A stretch of DNA of 64,000 nucleotides. Origin: a virus (taxonomy: Duplodnaviria > Caudoviricetes). The notes under the pieces were generated by a model. It made no database searches. It was not told the DNA's origin and saw nothing but the letters and a program-made list of their open reading frames with translations. Location of the stretch: positions 1 to 64,000 of IMG/VR virus record IMGVR_UViG_3300033072_001172; one strand, written 5' to 3'. Positions 25,760 through 34,497 of this stretch are shown piece after piece. The translations under genes and the position numbers were made by a program. Numbering within the stretch: position 1 is the stretch's first letter; each line of letters starts with the position of its first letter.

Positions 25760-26968
25760 TCAGGTGGTCGGATCCACCGGCTCCTTTTTGGTTTTCAATG
25801 GGCCGTCGTCTTTCGGGGCCCTCACAGAATCGATGCTGCCGATCATTTCGTCGATCCACAGCTTCTTGAATTTCTTGGCGTGTTTCGTGTCGGCGTTGTC
25901 GTTGTCGTTTTCGTCCCTGGCGGCGATCTGTCTTATTCTTTCGATAAGGGCATCCGGGTCGGTGATGTTCTCGACGTCGTGCAGAAACTTGGCGGTTCCC
26001 GAGAGCTGGGAGCGTGTGGGCGCAATGACACCTATGACAGCCTTGAGCAGATGCGGGTGCTTACATATCATCCCAAGGAGGTCCATGGTGACGGCCCCGA
26101 TCTCGACTTGCTGAATCCGCAGATCGGATGTCCACAGGTTCGACATCACCGCCATGTTGATCAGATACGTCAACGTATGGACGGTCGCGACGCCGACGTA
26201 GTCCTGGGTCGTCGCCGGCAGCAGTGACACGGCGACACCGGTGGTGGTCTCCACGTTTTTGAACGCGGCCAGCGCGGCCTTTGCCTTTGCGATGGTCTCG
26301 GTACGTTCCGCCAACTGACGATTCAGTTCTCGAATCGTTTCCTTGGCGCCGGCTTCGTGCTCCTGCAGCAGAGTATCCAGTTTCTGCTGCTTTAGCGCCA
26401 TCTCTTCTTCCAGCGCGGAAATCCTTGTGCGCTGGCGACTCAGCTCATTTTCAAGGAGGACGGTGTTCTTCTGCAGCGTTTCCGCCTCCTCCATGATCTT
26501 GAGCGACTCGTCCACGAGCTGTTGTTCCTTGCGTTTGGCCAGGATCAGCGCGCTTTCCAACTCGGTGTTCACCTGCTGCAGCTGCATCAGCACTGGACTA
26601 GCCGCCACCACTTGCTGGTTGACGCCCGCCGGCGGCGCGATGGGCAAGACGGCCTCCGTGATCTCGAAATCGTCCGAGATCTTCTGAACCAGGTCGGCGG
26701 ATGTCGCCACCACGACCGAAGGCAGTCCTTTATCCCGAGCATACTGCATCCATGTGTTGAACTGTGGTGCCGTGAGTCCGCTGCGGTGCAGCACCACAAT
26801 GTTGACGCGCTCCAGTTCAGACTTGTCCTGGGTTTCGTTCGTGTCAACCCAGATGGTCTCATCGAATAGCTCGCGTCTACCTGCTGTCTTGGCGTTCGCC
26901 AGTTGTCGGTACGGTACCGCCCTGTTTGTTACGATCGCCGCGATTAGCGGCCGCTGCACCTTGTACAT
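25760..26968 (-). CDS. coiled-coil protein
   Basis: Long central heptad region; GGAGG SD. Confidence 0.75.
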   Translation of the reverse strand: MYKVQRPLIAAIVTNRAVPYRQLANAKTAGRRELFDETIWVDTNETQDKSELERVNIVVLHRSGLTAPQFNTWMQYARDKGLPSVVVATSADLVQKISDDFEITEAVLPIAPPAGVNQQVVAASPVLMQLQQVNTELESALILAKRKEQQLVDESLKIMEEAETLQKNTVLLENELSRQRTRISALEEEMALKQQKLDTLLQEHEAGAKETIRELNRQLAERTETIAKAKAALAAFKNVETTTGVAVSLLPATTQDYVGVATVHTLTYLINMAVMSNLWTSDLRIQQVEIGAVTMDLLGMICKHPHLLKAVIGVIAPTRSQLSGTAKFLHDVENITDPDALIERIRQIAARDENDNDNADTKHAKKFKKLWIDEMIGSIDSVRAPKDDGPLKTKKEPVDPTT

Positions 26969-28007
26969 TCTCTTCCTCCTTTTGCTGGTTGACCCGGGCG
27001 TTGAACGTCAAGCGGTCAATGGTCGCCCGAATCGTCGGATCGGCCAGGCACATGCCTTTGATCTTGTTGACCGCATACAGCACCGTGCTGTGATCACGCC
27101 CGCCGATCCTGTTGCCGATTTCACAAAGCGTGATGGCGGCGTTGTTGGCGTGGATCATGTACATCGCGTAATGCCGTGCCGTCGACACAGTTTTCGTACG
27201 ACGTTGTCCGATGATGTCTGCCACCGTTACCTGAAATGCCTCGGCGACCGCCGACAGAATGTAATCGGGTCGGATGATCGACAACGGTGACGGTGCCGCG
27301 ATACCAACGGCGTTGGGGGTTTCCCCCATGGCGTAGAACATCAGACTGGCGTCAACGACCAGCTTTGCAAAGTCGTTCTGGTTCTGGTCACATACGACAG
27401 CCAGGGTCATCGCCCTGGTGATGACGGTCCGTGTGCTCGGAGCACTGATCAGTTTGACCAGCTCATGCATTTGCGCGTGCGTGAACCGGTTCGCGCTGAC
27501 CCCGGCCGCAGTCAGCACACGACGCAGCAGTTCCAACATCACGTCGAGTGACGGGGGCGTGAGGGGCCAGTGCGGACCCCACGACAACCTCGACATGAAC
27601 TGAGGCCAGATCTTTCCAACCTCGCGCATGGTTTTTTGACTGACCGACAGGAGCGTAGCCGTCGGTCCCGGCGCGGCATGACGTGCAGAGTACAACTCGA
27701 TGAAGCAGGCCCTGTCTTCCTCCGGGATGACGTCGACATCATCCAGGCACAGCAGAGGGACAGCCTGGCAGTCTGTCGGCAACTTTTCCTCTTTAAGATT
27801 TACGTACCGTGCCCCTGGGACGGCTGCCGCCGCGGCCTGAAGCAAGTGCGTGGCGCCGACGCCAGGCACAGCCTTTTGCAGGGTGATGCACGTTGGTGCT
27901 GTGACGTGGTGCGTGATCACGCGTTGTATGAGCTTGACGACCCCCTCCGTGAGCCTGTCGGTGACGAACGTTTCAATGCGGTAGTCTGCCGGGTTGTATT
28001 GCCCCAC
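26877..28007 (-). CDS. DnaA-like protein with degenerate Walker A
   Basis: PGVGATHLLQA, LLCLDDVD, SRLSWG, domain IV ARHYAMY...EIGNRIGGRDHSTVLYAVNKI. Confidence 0.85.
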   Translation of the reverse strand: MGQYNPADYRIETFVTDRLTEGVVKLIQRVITHHVTAPTCITLQKAVPGVGATHLLQAAAAAVPGARYVNLKEEKLPTDCQAVPLLCLDDVDVIPEEDRACFIELYSARHAAPGPTATLLSVSQKTMREVGKIWPQFMSRLSWGPHWPLTPPSLDVMLELLRRVLTAAGVSANRFTHAQMHELVKLISAPSTRTVITRAMTLAVVCDQNQNDFAKLVVDASLMFYAMGETPNAVGIAAPSPLSIIRPDYILSAVAEAFQVTVADIIGQRRTKTVSTARHYAMYMIHANNAAITLCEIGNRIGGRDHSTVLYAVNKIKGMCLADPTIRATIDRLTFNARVNQQKEEENVQGAAAANRGDRNKQGGTVPTTGERQDSR

Positions 28008-28020
28008 AGTATGTCTCCTG

Positions 28021-28053
28021 AAAATGAAACCAGGGGCGACATTGCCCCTGGTT
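28021..28053 (-). terminator. hairpin/terminator upstream of the dnaA-like gene
   Basis: AACCAGGGGC-loop-GCCCCTGGTT followed by TCATTTT on the minus strand. Confidence 0.55.
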
Positions 28054-28055
28054 GC

Positions 28056-28313
28056 TTACATCATTGCTGGTTGAATGACACGGCCTTTTTGTCGGTGCGG
28101 CTCCCAGATGACCTCCAGGTCGACACCTTCGGACGTGGTCAGTGCGACGACGAACAAAGCGTTCGGTGACAGGTCCGCCAGCTGAACACGGTAGTGTACG
28201 CTTTCCACGTAGCCATCGTTGTGCTGAAAGACCAGCAACGGCCGCTGGTCATGGTTACCCCATTCCATGGCCCGCATCATTATGGCGATGGAAGGTCCCG
28301 CAACTATGTGCAT
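28056..28313 (-). CDS. hypothetical protein
   Basis: MHIVAGPS..., GGAGG SD. Confidence 0.65.
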   Translation of the reverse strand: MHIVAGPSIAIMMRAMEWGNHDQRPLLVFQHNDGYVESVHYRVQLADLSPNALFVVALTTSEGVDLEVIWEPHRQKGRVIQPAMM

Positions 28314-28391
28314 GGTGTCCTCCTTCCTGTTGAAAGTTTCGCACAAAGTTTTAGTGGCGTCTACAGGAGGACGAGAAAGTTCTCTACATAG

Positions 28392-28400
28392 TCTTATGCC
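28392..28400 (-). promoter_or_regulatory. GGCATAAGA motif
   Basis: TCTTATGCC on + at the head of the island. Confidence 0.7.
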
Positions 28401-28422
28401 GAAAAGCGTCTATTCTTTAGCT

Positions 28423-29268
28423 ATGCCCGACTTGAAAGACCTGTTGCAGTTCGTCGCCCAGAAGGCTAACGCGCCGCTGATTCACAAGACGGAATTGCGC
28501 AAGGCGTTTCGGTCTCCACCGAAGACCATCCGGGAGCTGCCAAAACACTACCTGAACCACTTGCGGGACGTCTTGTCTGACCCGCGGAAACTTCGACTGG
28601 CGCTGACCGACATCACCCCGTTGTCCCTGGCCACCAACGTGTTGACACTGCCGGCAACGCTCAAGTTGCTGCAGATGTACCCGCACCGCCGGGCAGAAAC
28701 CCTCATGGGGGCCGTCGGTAATGTTCTCGGCGGGCAGATTATGCAGCGCACTGGTATTGCGGGCGGTGTGCTGGGCGGTCTCAGTGGCGAGGCGCTCGGA
28801 CGGTTGCTGGCGCGTCCGTTCACCAGCGGGGCGCGTAAACGACTGCCGAGCCCGATCACCAATCGTCTGCAGACGCTGCGCGACACCGGTGCCCGCATCG
28901 ACGATGTTCTTGACGCGGCTCAGCAGAAACTCGGGGCGGATACCATGCACGGGCCAGGCGGGGCCGAGGGCATGACCCAGCACGAACAGCACGTCACCGA
29001 AGAACACATCGGCGGAAGTATGCCGGAGCTGCAGGACATCCCCGGGCAGCAGGGCAACAGGAAGTCGATCAGCGGACGTGGAAATACCATCGAAACCGGT
29101 GATACTCTTGTTGGGAACTTGATTCGCCTGCTGGGGTTGGGCACCGTGGAAACACACCGTCCAGGGGACCCGTTCGGGCAGCACGTTGATTTTGACTCTA
29201 TTTTCAACGGACCGGCGCGTGGTACCATCCCGGGACAAGTTTCAGAACAAATCAAGGCCAGGAGCTGA
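28423..29268 (+). CDS. putative virion protein with glycine zipper
   Basis: MPDLKDLL...; GAVGNVLGG...GIAGGVLGGLSG. Confidence 0.65.
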   Translation: MPDLKDLLQFVAQKANAPLIHKTELRKAFRSPPKTIRELPKHYLNHLRDVLSDPRKLRLALTDITPLSLATNVLTLPATLKLLQMYPHRRAETLMGAVGNVLGGQIMQRTGIAGGVLGGLSGEALGRLLARPFTSGARKRLPSPITNRLQTLRDTGARIDDVLDAAQQKLGADTMHGPGGAEGMTQHEQHVTEEHIGGSMPELQDIPGQQGNRKSISGRGNTIETGDTLVGNLIRLLGLGTVETHRPGDPFGQHVDFDSIFNGPARGTIPGQVSEQIKARS

Positions 29269-29270
29269 CC

Positions 29271-29831
29271 GTGAATACCTCACACAACACACTGACGAAA
29301 ATCGACATGGCGCTCGGCTTCGATCACTCGCTGATCGATAACGAGTTGGCCTCTGTCGACCAGAAGATTGCGGCAGCACTGGACCTGCGGGATAACCCGG
29401 CGGTTCAAGTCGCTGGCCAGTACGGTCAGCAGCAGCCCTCGGCCGGCCTGCCCCAGTTGAACGAACTGCTTACCCAGCTTGCGCTCAAGCAGACCCAGGA
29501 AGCCTTGAACAAGTCCACCGCGGTCAATGACCCGATGGTCGCCGAAAATGAGCGGTTGCGCCGGCAAAAGGAAAACCTGGACCTGCAGGTGCAGATCCAG
29601 GAGAAACAGCAGCAGCTCCAGCAGATGCAGATGCCACAGGGACAGCCCGGCGCTCAGCCAGGCGCTCAGCCAGGCATGCCGCAGGGCCCCATGGCGGCCG
29701 CCGGCGGACCCGACCAGGCAGCTCAGATGGGCGCCGTGCCGTACAGCGAGAATGGTCAAATGCCCCCGGAAGACTTTGATCTGCTGGAACAGCTGCGCAA
29801 CACCGTGCAGGCCGGTCCGATCCGCGGCTAG
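29271..29831 (+). CDS. Q/P-rich coiled-coil protein
   Basis: Poly-Q and PGAQ repeats. Confidence 0.7.
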   Translation: MNTSHNTLTKIDMALGFDHSLIDNELASVDQKIAAALDLRDNPAVQVAGQYGQQQPSAGLPQLNELLTQLALKQTQEALNKSTAVNDPMVAENERLRRQKENLDLQVQIQEKQQQLQQMQMPQGQPGAQPGAQPGMPQGPMAAAGGPDQAAQMGAVPYSENGQMPPEDFDLLEQLRNTVQAGPIRG

Positions 29832-29872
29832 GCGGCCGGTGGCTCACTTGACCTGGTACACCGGAGTTCAAC

Positions 29873-31060
29873 ATGGCGTATTCGATTGCCGGCCACATCA
29901 TCGACTTCACCGACGACCCTGCGTGCATGCAGAACGCAGAGTTTTTGGCATTGACCGGAGGCACCACCGAAAAGTACGCGTCAGGTGATCTGGGCAACGC
30001 TGATTACGCTGTGATTCTTCGCGGACAGACCAAGCATTGCCGGTACCCTGTGTTTGACAAGATCGCGACGGTGTTGAGCGCGCATTACTTCCAGGATCGC
30101 GCCGAACAGCTGCACCCGCACATTCGAGTCGTCGCCGCTTACCATATCAAGAAGGCCTGCGCGCAATTCGGTGTGGCTGTCCCGTCCCAGGTCGCCCGCT
30201 ATGCCCAGGTGGACACTCCGCTGGAAACGAACGTGTTGTACCTGGCGGACATGCCGCCGTTTACCGCCAACGCGCCGGTCAAGACCGCTTCCCTGGAGCG
30301 CATGATCGCGTTCTGGGACGGTAACTACCGTGACATGACCCCAAAGGAACGGTCCGACAAGGCGGCGCAGCTCTACAAGGTCGCCGGCAGTCTGGAGCGC
30401 CTCCCGGCGTCCGCGGTGAATTACGTACCGACGACCAAAGTCGGGACACTTTTTGTTCCGGCCATCAGGCAGCGTGTGCGCCTGATGGAGCGCCGCGGTG
30501 ACAAAACCGCCGCACTTGAATATTCCGAAATCGTCAAGACCGTTGAGACTCTTCCACCGGAAGACATCGCCACGTTGCTGTCGACGATCGACAGCAAGCA
30601 TAAAGTGGCCGCGATGTACGGTGACGTCGCGGATCCGTACCTGGCCGTGTACGGCCGTCTCGGCAAAGTCGCCAAAGAGCATGACGCGGACGACGCGCGC
30701 TCGGACGACAGCGACAAAACCGGTTTGCGATACAAGCTGGAAACACTCGCGGCCGAAGCGAACCCGTACTCGTACCACAATGTGCTGTCCGAGGCCGGCA
30801 TCCGGGAGTTCCGTAAGGATCCCGTGGGCACGTTCTCCCGTCTGCCGAAAATCGTCCAGGACAATTTGCTGGCGGACTTTGAGGCCCATCTGCGCAAACA
30901 CAAGGACATGCCGGTGACTTCGTACCGGTCGGCCGAGCAGATCGAACGCGAGACCGAAGCTCTTCGTTCCGGGCAGTACCCCCATCATCCGATCGTTGAG
31001 CACAACCGGAAGGCACATAAGTTCCCAAAACAGGTGATCGAAAAGATCGTCAAGGACTAG
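29873..31060 (+). CDS. putative head/virion protein
   Basis: 395 aa, GGAG SD, many KxA motifs. Confidence 0.7.
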   Translation: MAYSIAGHIIDFTDDPACMQNAEFLALTGGTTEKYASGDLGNADYAVILRGQTKHCRYPVFDKIATVLSAHYFQDRAEQLHPHIRVVAAYHIKKACAQFGVAVPSQVARYAQVDTPLETNVLYLADMPPFTANAPVKTASLERMIAFWDGNYRDMTPKERSDKAAQLYKVAGSLERLPASAVNYVPTTKVGTLFVPAIRQRVRLMERRGDKTAALEYSEIVKTVETLPPEDIATLLSTIDSKHKVAAMYGDVADPYLAVYGRLGKVAKEHDADDARSDDSDKTGLRYKLETLAAEANPYSYHNVLSEAGIREFRKDPVGTFSRLPKIVQDNLLADFEAHLRKHKDMPVTSYRSAEQIERETEALRSGQYPHHPIVEHNRKAHKFPKQVIEKIVKD

Positions 31061-31061
31061 C

Positions 31062-31613
31062 ATGCTGGCGGCCGACCTGCTGCGTGTCGACGCGAGTCCG
31101 CTCAAGTATCGTGATCTCGCGATCCCAGGGTGGCCGGACATTGATCCGGTCACCGTGCTTATGGCGTTGAACGACGCCGCCAGCGCCCATGGTGTTGAGC
31201 TCAAGCAGGAAGTCGTCGATAAAGTTCACGCGGTACAGACGCTGCTGGTGAACCCCGTCGCATACGGCGATGCCTACACGTTTGAGAAAACCGCGGAAGC
31301 GCTGAACGGGCTGATCCCGCACTTCGGCTATTTTCCGGTGATACTGGCGCCGGCGCGGCTGGCCGTGGCCGTAGCGGCGATGACAAAGTTGAAGCCGGAG
31401 AATGAGTGGGGCGTGTCGGTCAAACGGTATTGCCGTGAGGTGCTGCGCGAACAGGGTGTCATGTCTTTTCCGCCAAGCATGGTGGTGCTTGCGTTTGACG
31501 ACCCGGAAGACCGCATGGCCGGGATGACGCTGAATGACGAACAGCAGTCACGACAGAAGGAGCACCACGAAGCGATTGAGTCCTACGTCAAGGAGGCGCT
31601 GGGCAATGCCTGA
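31062..31613 (+). CDS. hypothetical protein
   Basis: Operon-coupled, 183 aa. Confidence 0.7.
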   Translation: MLAADLLRVDASPLKYRDLAIPGWPDIDPVTVLMALNDAASAHGVELKQEVVDKVHAVQTLLVNPVAYGDAYTFEKTAEALNGLIPHFGYFPVILAPARLAVAVAAMTKLKPENEWGVSVKRYCREVLREQGVMSFPPSMVVLAFDDPEDRMAGMTLNDEQQSRQKEHHEAIESYVKEALGNA

Positions 31614-32019
31614 CGACACCAGTTTGTTCTTCTCGAAGCTGGCCGTGTTTCGCCAGCGGTACCCCCAGGGCGACTTTTGGGCGCGGCCAACCAGTGACAT
31701 CAACCAGCCGGATGTTGCTGACGATTCCTATGTGGCGGCTATGAAGACCGCGGCCAGCCTGCACGACATGGTTCGGGCGCTGCGGTCGATGTCCGGCAGT
31801 CATCTGTTCAATGCCGCCCTCTACGCTCCGCTGGTGGCCGCCGACCTGCACGAGGCACGTAAGGCACGACGGGCAGGAGGCTCCGGCATGCTGCCCACAC
31901 TGGCCGGGAGTGCGCTGGCGGTGATGATGGCGCAGCATCTGGCGCCCGTGCTGCATGGAGCGGTTCAGAATAAATCTGTGCAGAACTTCTTGACGCGAGC
32001 TGGTGTAGGCGGAAAGTAG
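31606..32019 (+). CDS. hypothetical virion protein
   Basis: MPDDTS..., AGGAGG SD, KLA/KTA motifs. Confidence 0.65.
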   Translation: MPDDTSLFFSKLAVFRQRYPQGDFWARPTSDINQPDVADDSYVAAMKTAASLHDMVRALRSMSGSHLFNAALYAPLVAADLHEARKARRAGGSGMLPTLAGSALAVMMAQHLAPVLHGAVQNKSVQNFLTRAGVGGK

Positions 32020-32041
32020 AAGTAATCCGCGGGAGTCGGTT

Positions 32042-33895
32042 ATGTCGATGGGTCCTGGTTCTTCCAATGCCGGTGGTGCGCTCGGCGGTCTCGGTAACGA
32101 TCCGCAGCTGCTCGACGCGTCACGTGCGTATCCGCACCAGTTTTTCTCGATCAGCGACAAGTACATCCCCAACACGATGAAGGAGCTGTTCCGTTGGGCG
32201 ATGTACATCTACTCGACCAACGGGTCAGTCAACCAGACCATCCGAAAGATGGCGGGCTACGTGACTACGGAGCTCGTCTACAACGACGCCGACAGCAAGG
32301 TCGTCGACAACTGGAAGAACATCTTCAAGATTGTCGAGTACACACGTTTTGAGAAGTTGATGCTGCTCGACTACTTCACGTACGGCAACGCGTTTGCCCG
32401 GTTCATGTACCCGAAGCAGCGCATGCTGAAGTGCAAAAAGTGCTCGGCCGCGGAGCCCATTCACAATCTCTCGTACTCGTTTCGCAGCTTCAGATTTCAC
32501 GCCAAGTGCCCGAAGTGCTCGTACGAAGGTCCGATGGACGCGTACGACCGTCCGACGCGCAATAAGTCCAGGTTCAAGCTGATCCGCATTGACCCGCGGT
32601 ACATTCAGCCGATCTACGAGCCGGTCAGCGGCGAAACGGAGTTCCTGTACGCTGTGCCCCGCGCACTGGCGAACCGGATACGTGAGGGCTCCAAGAACAA
32701 AGCTAGTATCCGTGTGATCCTGGAAAATGTTCCGCTGGAGGTGATCACGGCGGTGGAGAAGGGGCATTTGATCAAGTTCCCCAGCGACACCATCTATCAC
32801 TTCAAATGGGATTCGATCAGCCGCGACGACAACTCGCTGGGCGAGATCCCGTTTCTCGCGGTCTTCAAGACGGTGTGGCTGTACAACACGCTGTGGCGCG
32901 CCCAGGAGGCCGTCTCACTTGAACACGTGTTGCCCTGGCTGATGGTTTCGCCGGCGACAACTTCTGGCGGTGTCGATCCTATTGGCAACTTCAACATGGA
33001 AGGGTGGACGTCGTTCATGCGCGAAGCCATTCCGCGCTGGCGGCGTGACCCGAACTTCATCGCCATCGCGCCGTTTCCGGTTAACGCGGTGCAATTGCGC
33101 GGTGACGCCAAAGGTTTGGACAACTGGCAGGGTCTGCAGCATTTGCGTGAGACTATCGCCGGCGGCATGGGTATTCCGGAATCGTTCCTGTACGGTGGCG
33201 CCACGTACACCGGCCAGGCGGTTGAGCTGCGTGTGCTGGAAAACGAATTTCGAAACATCGTCAACCAGCTCGACACGTTCCTTACGGACTTCACGATACC
33301 GAAGATCATTCGGTACTTCCGGTACAAGCGCATCGACATCCATCATCAGCAGTTCAAGATGGCGGACGACGTGCAGCAACGTCAGATGCTGGTGACCCTG
33401 CACCAGTCCGGCATTGTGTCCGAGCAGACGGTCGCTTCCGAGTTCGGCCTGAACTACGCAATGGAGAAGGCGCAGATCGCCAAGGAGCTGGAAGAACGTG
33501 CCGCCCTGCAGCGAAACATCCAGCTGCGCGACGCAGAGGTTCAGGCGGAAATCCAGGTGATCATGGCCAAGGCCCAGACACGGGTGAACCAGATTCTCAC
33601 GTCGGGCGGAGCAACGGACGACAGCGAGACAGGCGACAAGAACGCGCCGTTCGGAAACCAGGGCCAGACCTTCATGACGAACCCGGACGTTCTTACCATG
33701 CAGGCCCAGAACTTCCTGCGCACCCGTTCGCCCATGGTGCGTGAGCAGGAGCTGGCGATGCTTGATCAGACGAACCCGACATACGCCAAGCGTATCCGCC
33801 AGGAAATGGAACGTGTGACTAAGTCGTCCACGAAACCGGCGGAGCTGCCTGTGCAACGTCCGCCGCGTGCGTCACCGGCACGGGCCCAGGTGTGA
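32042..33895 (+). CDS. portal protein
   Basis: DYFTYGNAF, IYHFK, GEIP, IAGGMGIPESFL portal motifs; CKKC/CPKC insert. Confidence 0.8.
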   Translation: MSMGPGSSNAGGALGGLGNDPQLLDASRAYPHQFFSISDKYIPNTMKELFRWAMYIYSTNGSVNQTIRKMAGYVTTELVYNDADSKVVDNWKNIFKIVEYTRFEKLMLLDYFTYGNAFARFMYPKQRMLKCKKCSAAEPIHNLSYSFRSFRFHAKCPKCSYEGPMDAYDRPTRNKSRFKLIRIDPRYIQPIYEPVSGETEFLYAVPRALANRIREGSKNKASIRVILENVPLEVITAVEKGHLIKFPSDTIYHFKWDSISRDDNSLGEIPFLAVFKTVWLYNTLWRAQEAVSLEHVLPWLMVSPATTSGGVDPIGNFNMEGWTSFMREAIPRWRRDPNFIAIAPFPVNAVQLRGDAKGLDNWQGLQHLRETIAGGMGIPESFLYGGATYTGQAVELRVLENEFRNIVNQLDTFLTDFTIPKIIRYFRYKRIDIHHQQFKMADDVQQRQMLVTLHQSGIVSEQTVASEFGLNYAMEKAQIAKELEERAALQRNIQLRDAEVQAEIQVIMAKAQTRVNQILTSGGATDDSETGDKNAPFGNQGQTFMTNPDVLTMQAQNFLRTRSPMVREQELAMLDQTNPTYAKRIRQEMERVTKSSTKPAELPVQRPPRASPARAQV

Positions 33896-34497
33896 TTATG
33901 GCCGAGGATCGTTTCACCGAGCAGTTGTCCACAGCGCTGCCCGGCGCCAAGCCGAAAACACGGCCGCGCGGCCCGCAAACATCTGAGGCTGCGATCGAAC
34001 GGGCCCTGCGGGAGACAATGCCGGCCGCTGCCGGTGGCTCCGGTCGCCCGAGCCACCAGGTGTACGTCAACCCCCGATACAGCCTGCTGTTGCACACCGC
34101 ATGGACCAACAGCGATTCGCTGACCGGAACCAAACTGTTGTGGCAGTGGGAACGTGAGCGACGTCTCTACAATCTTGTGGCGTCACTGCACGGGACACGG
34201 TTCATGGTCGACGGGAACGATAGTCGTATGATTGTAGATAAGGACTCCAAGTTCACTGAGCAGGTGGTGAGCCTGGAGTTCATCGACTTGGCCGTGAAGT
34301 TGAAGCCAGCTGAGTTCATCACACGGGATCCGTTTGATCTGCTGGTCGAGTACGGTGTCGATTTGCCGCCGTACGTGGACCCGGAAAAACAGATCGCCGA
34401 GGTCAAGCAGGAAGTCAAGGCGATCAAAAAGACAGTGACCAGAAAAAGCGCGTCAAGATCACGTAAAAGGCCGGCCACCCGCGGCAAACGAACATGA
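33892..34497 (+). CDS. hypothetical protein
   Basis: Coupled between portal and RNAP. Confidence 0.7.
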   Translation: MIMAEDRFTEQLSTALPGAKPKTRPRGPQTSEAAIERALRETMPAAAGGSGRPSHQVYVNPRYSLLLHTAWTNSDSLTGTKLLWQWERERRLYNLVASLHGTRFMVDGNDSRMIVDKDSKFTEQVVSLEFIDLAVKLKPAEFITRDPFDLLVEYGVDLPPYVDPEKQIAEVKQEVKAIKKTVTRKSASRSRKRPATRGKRT

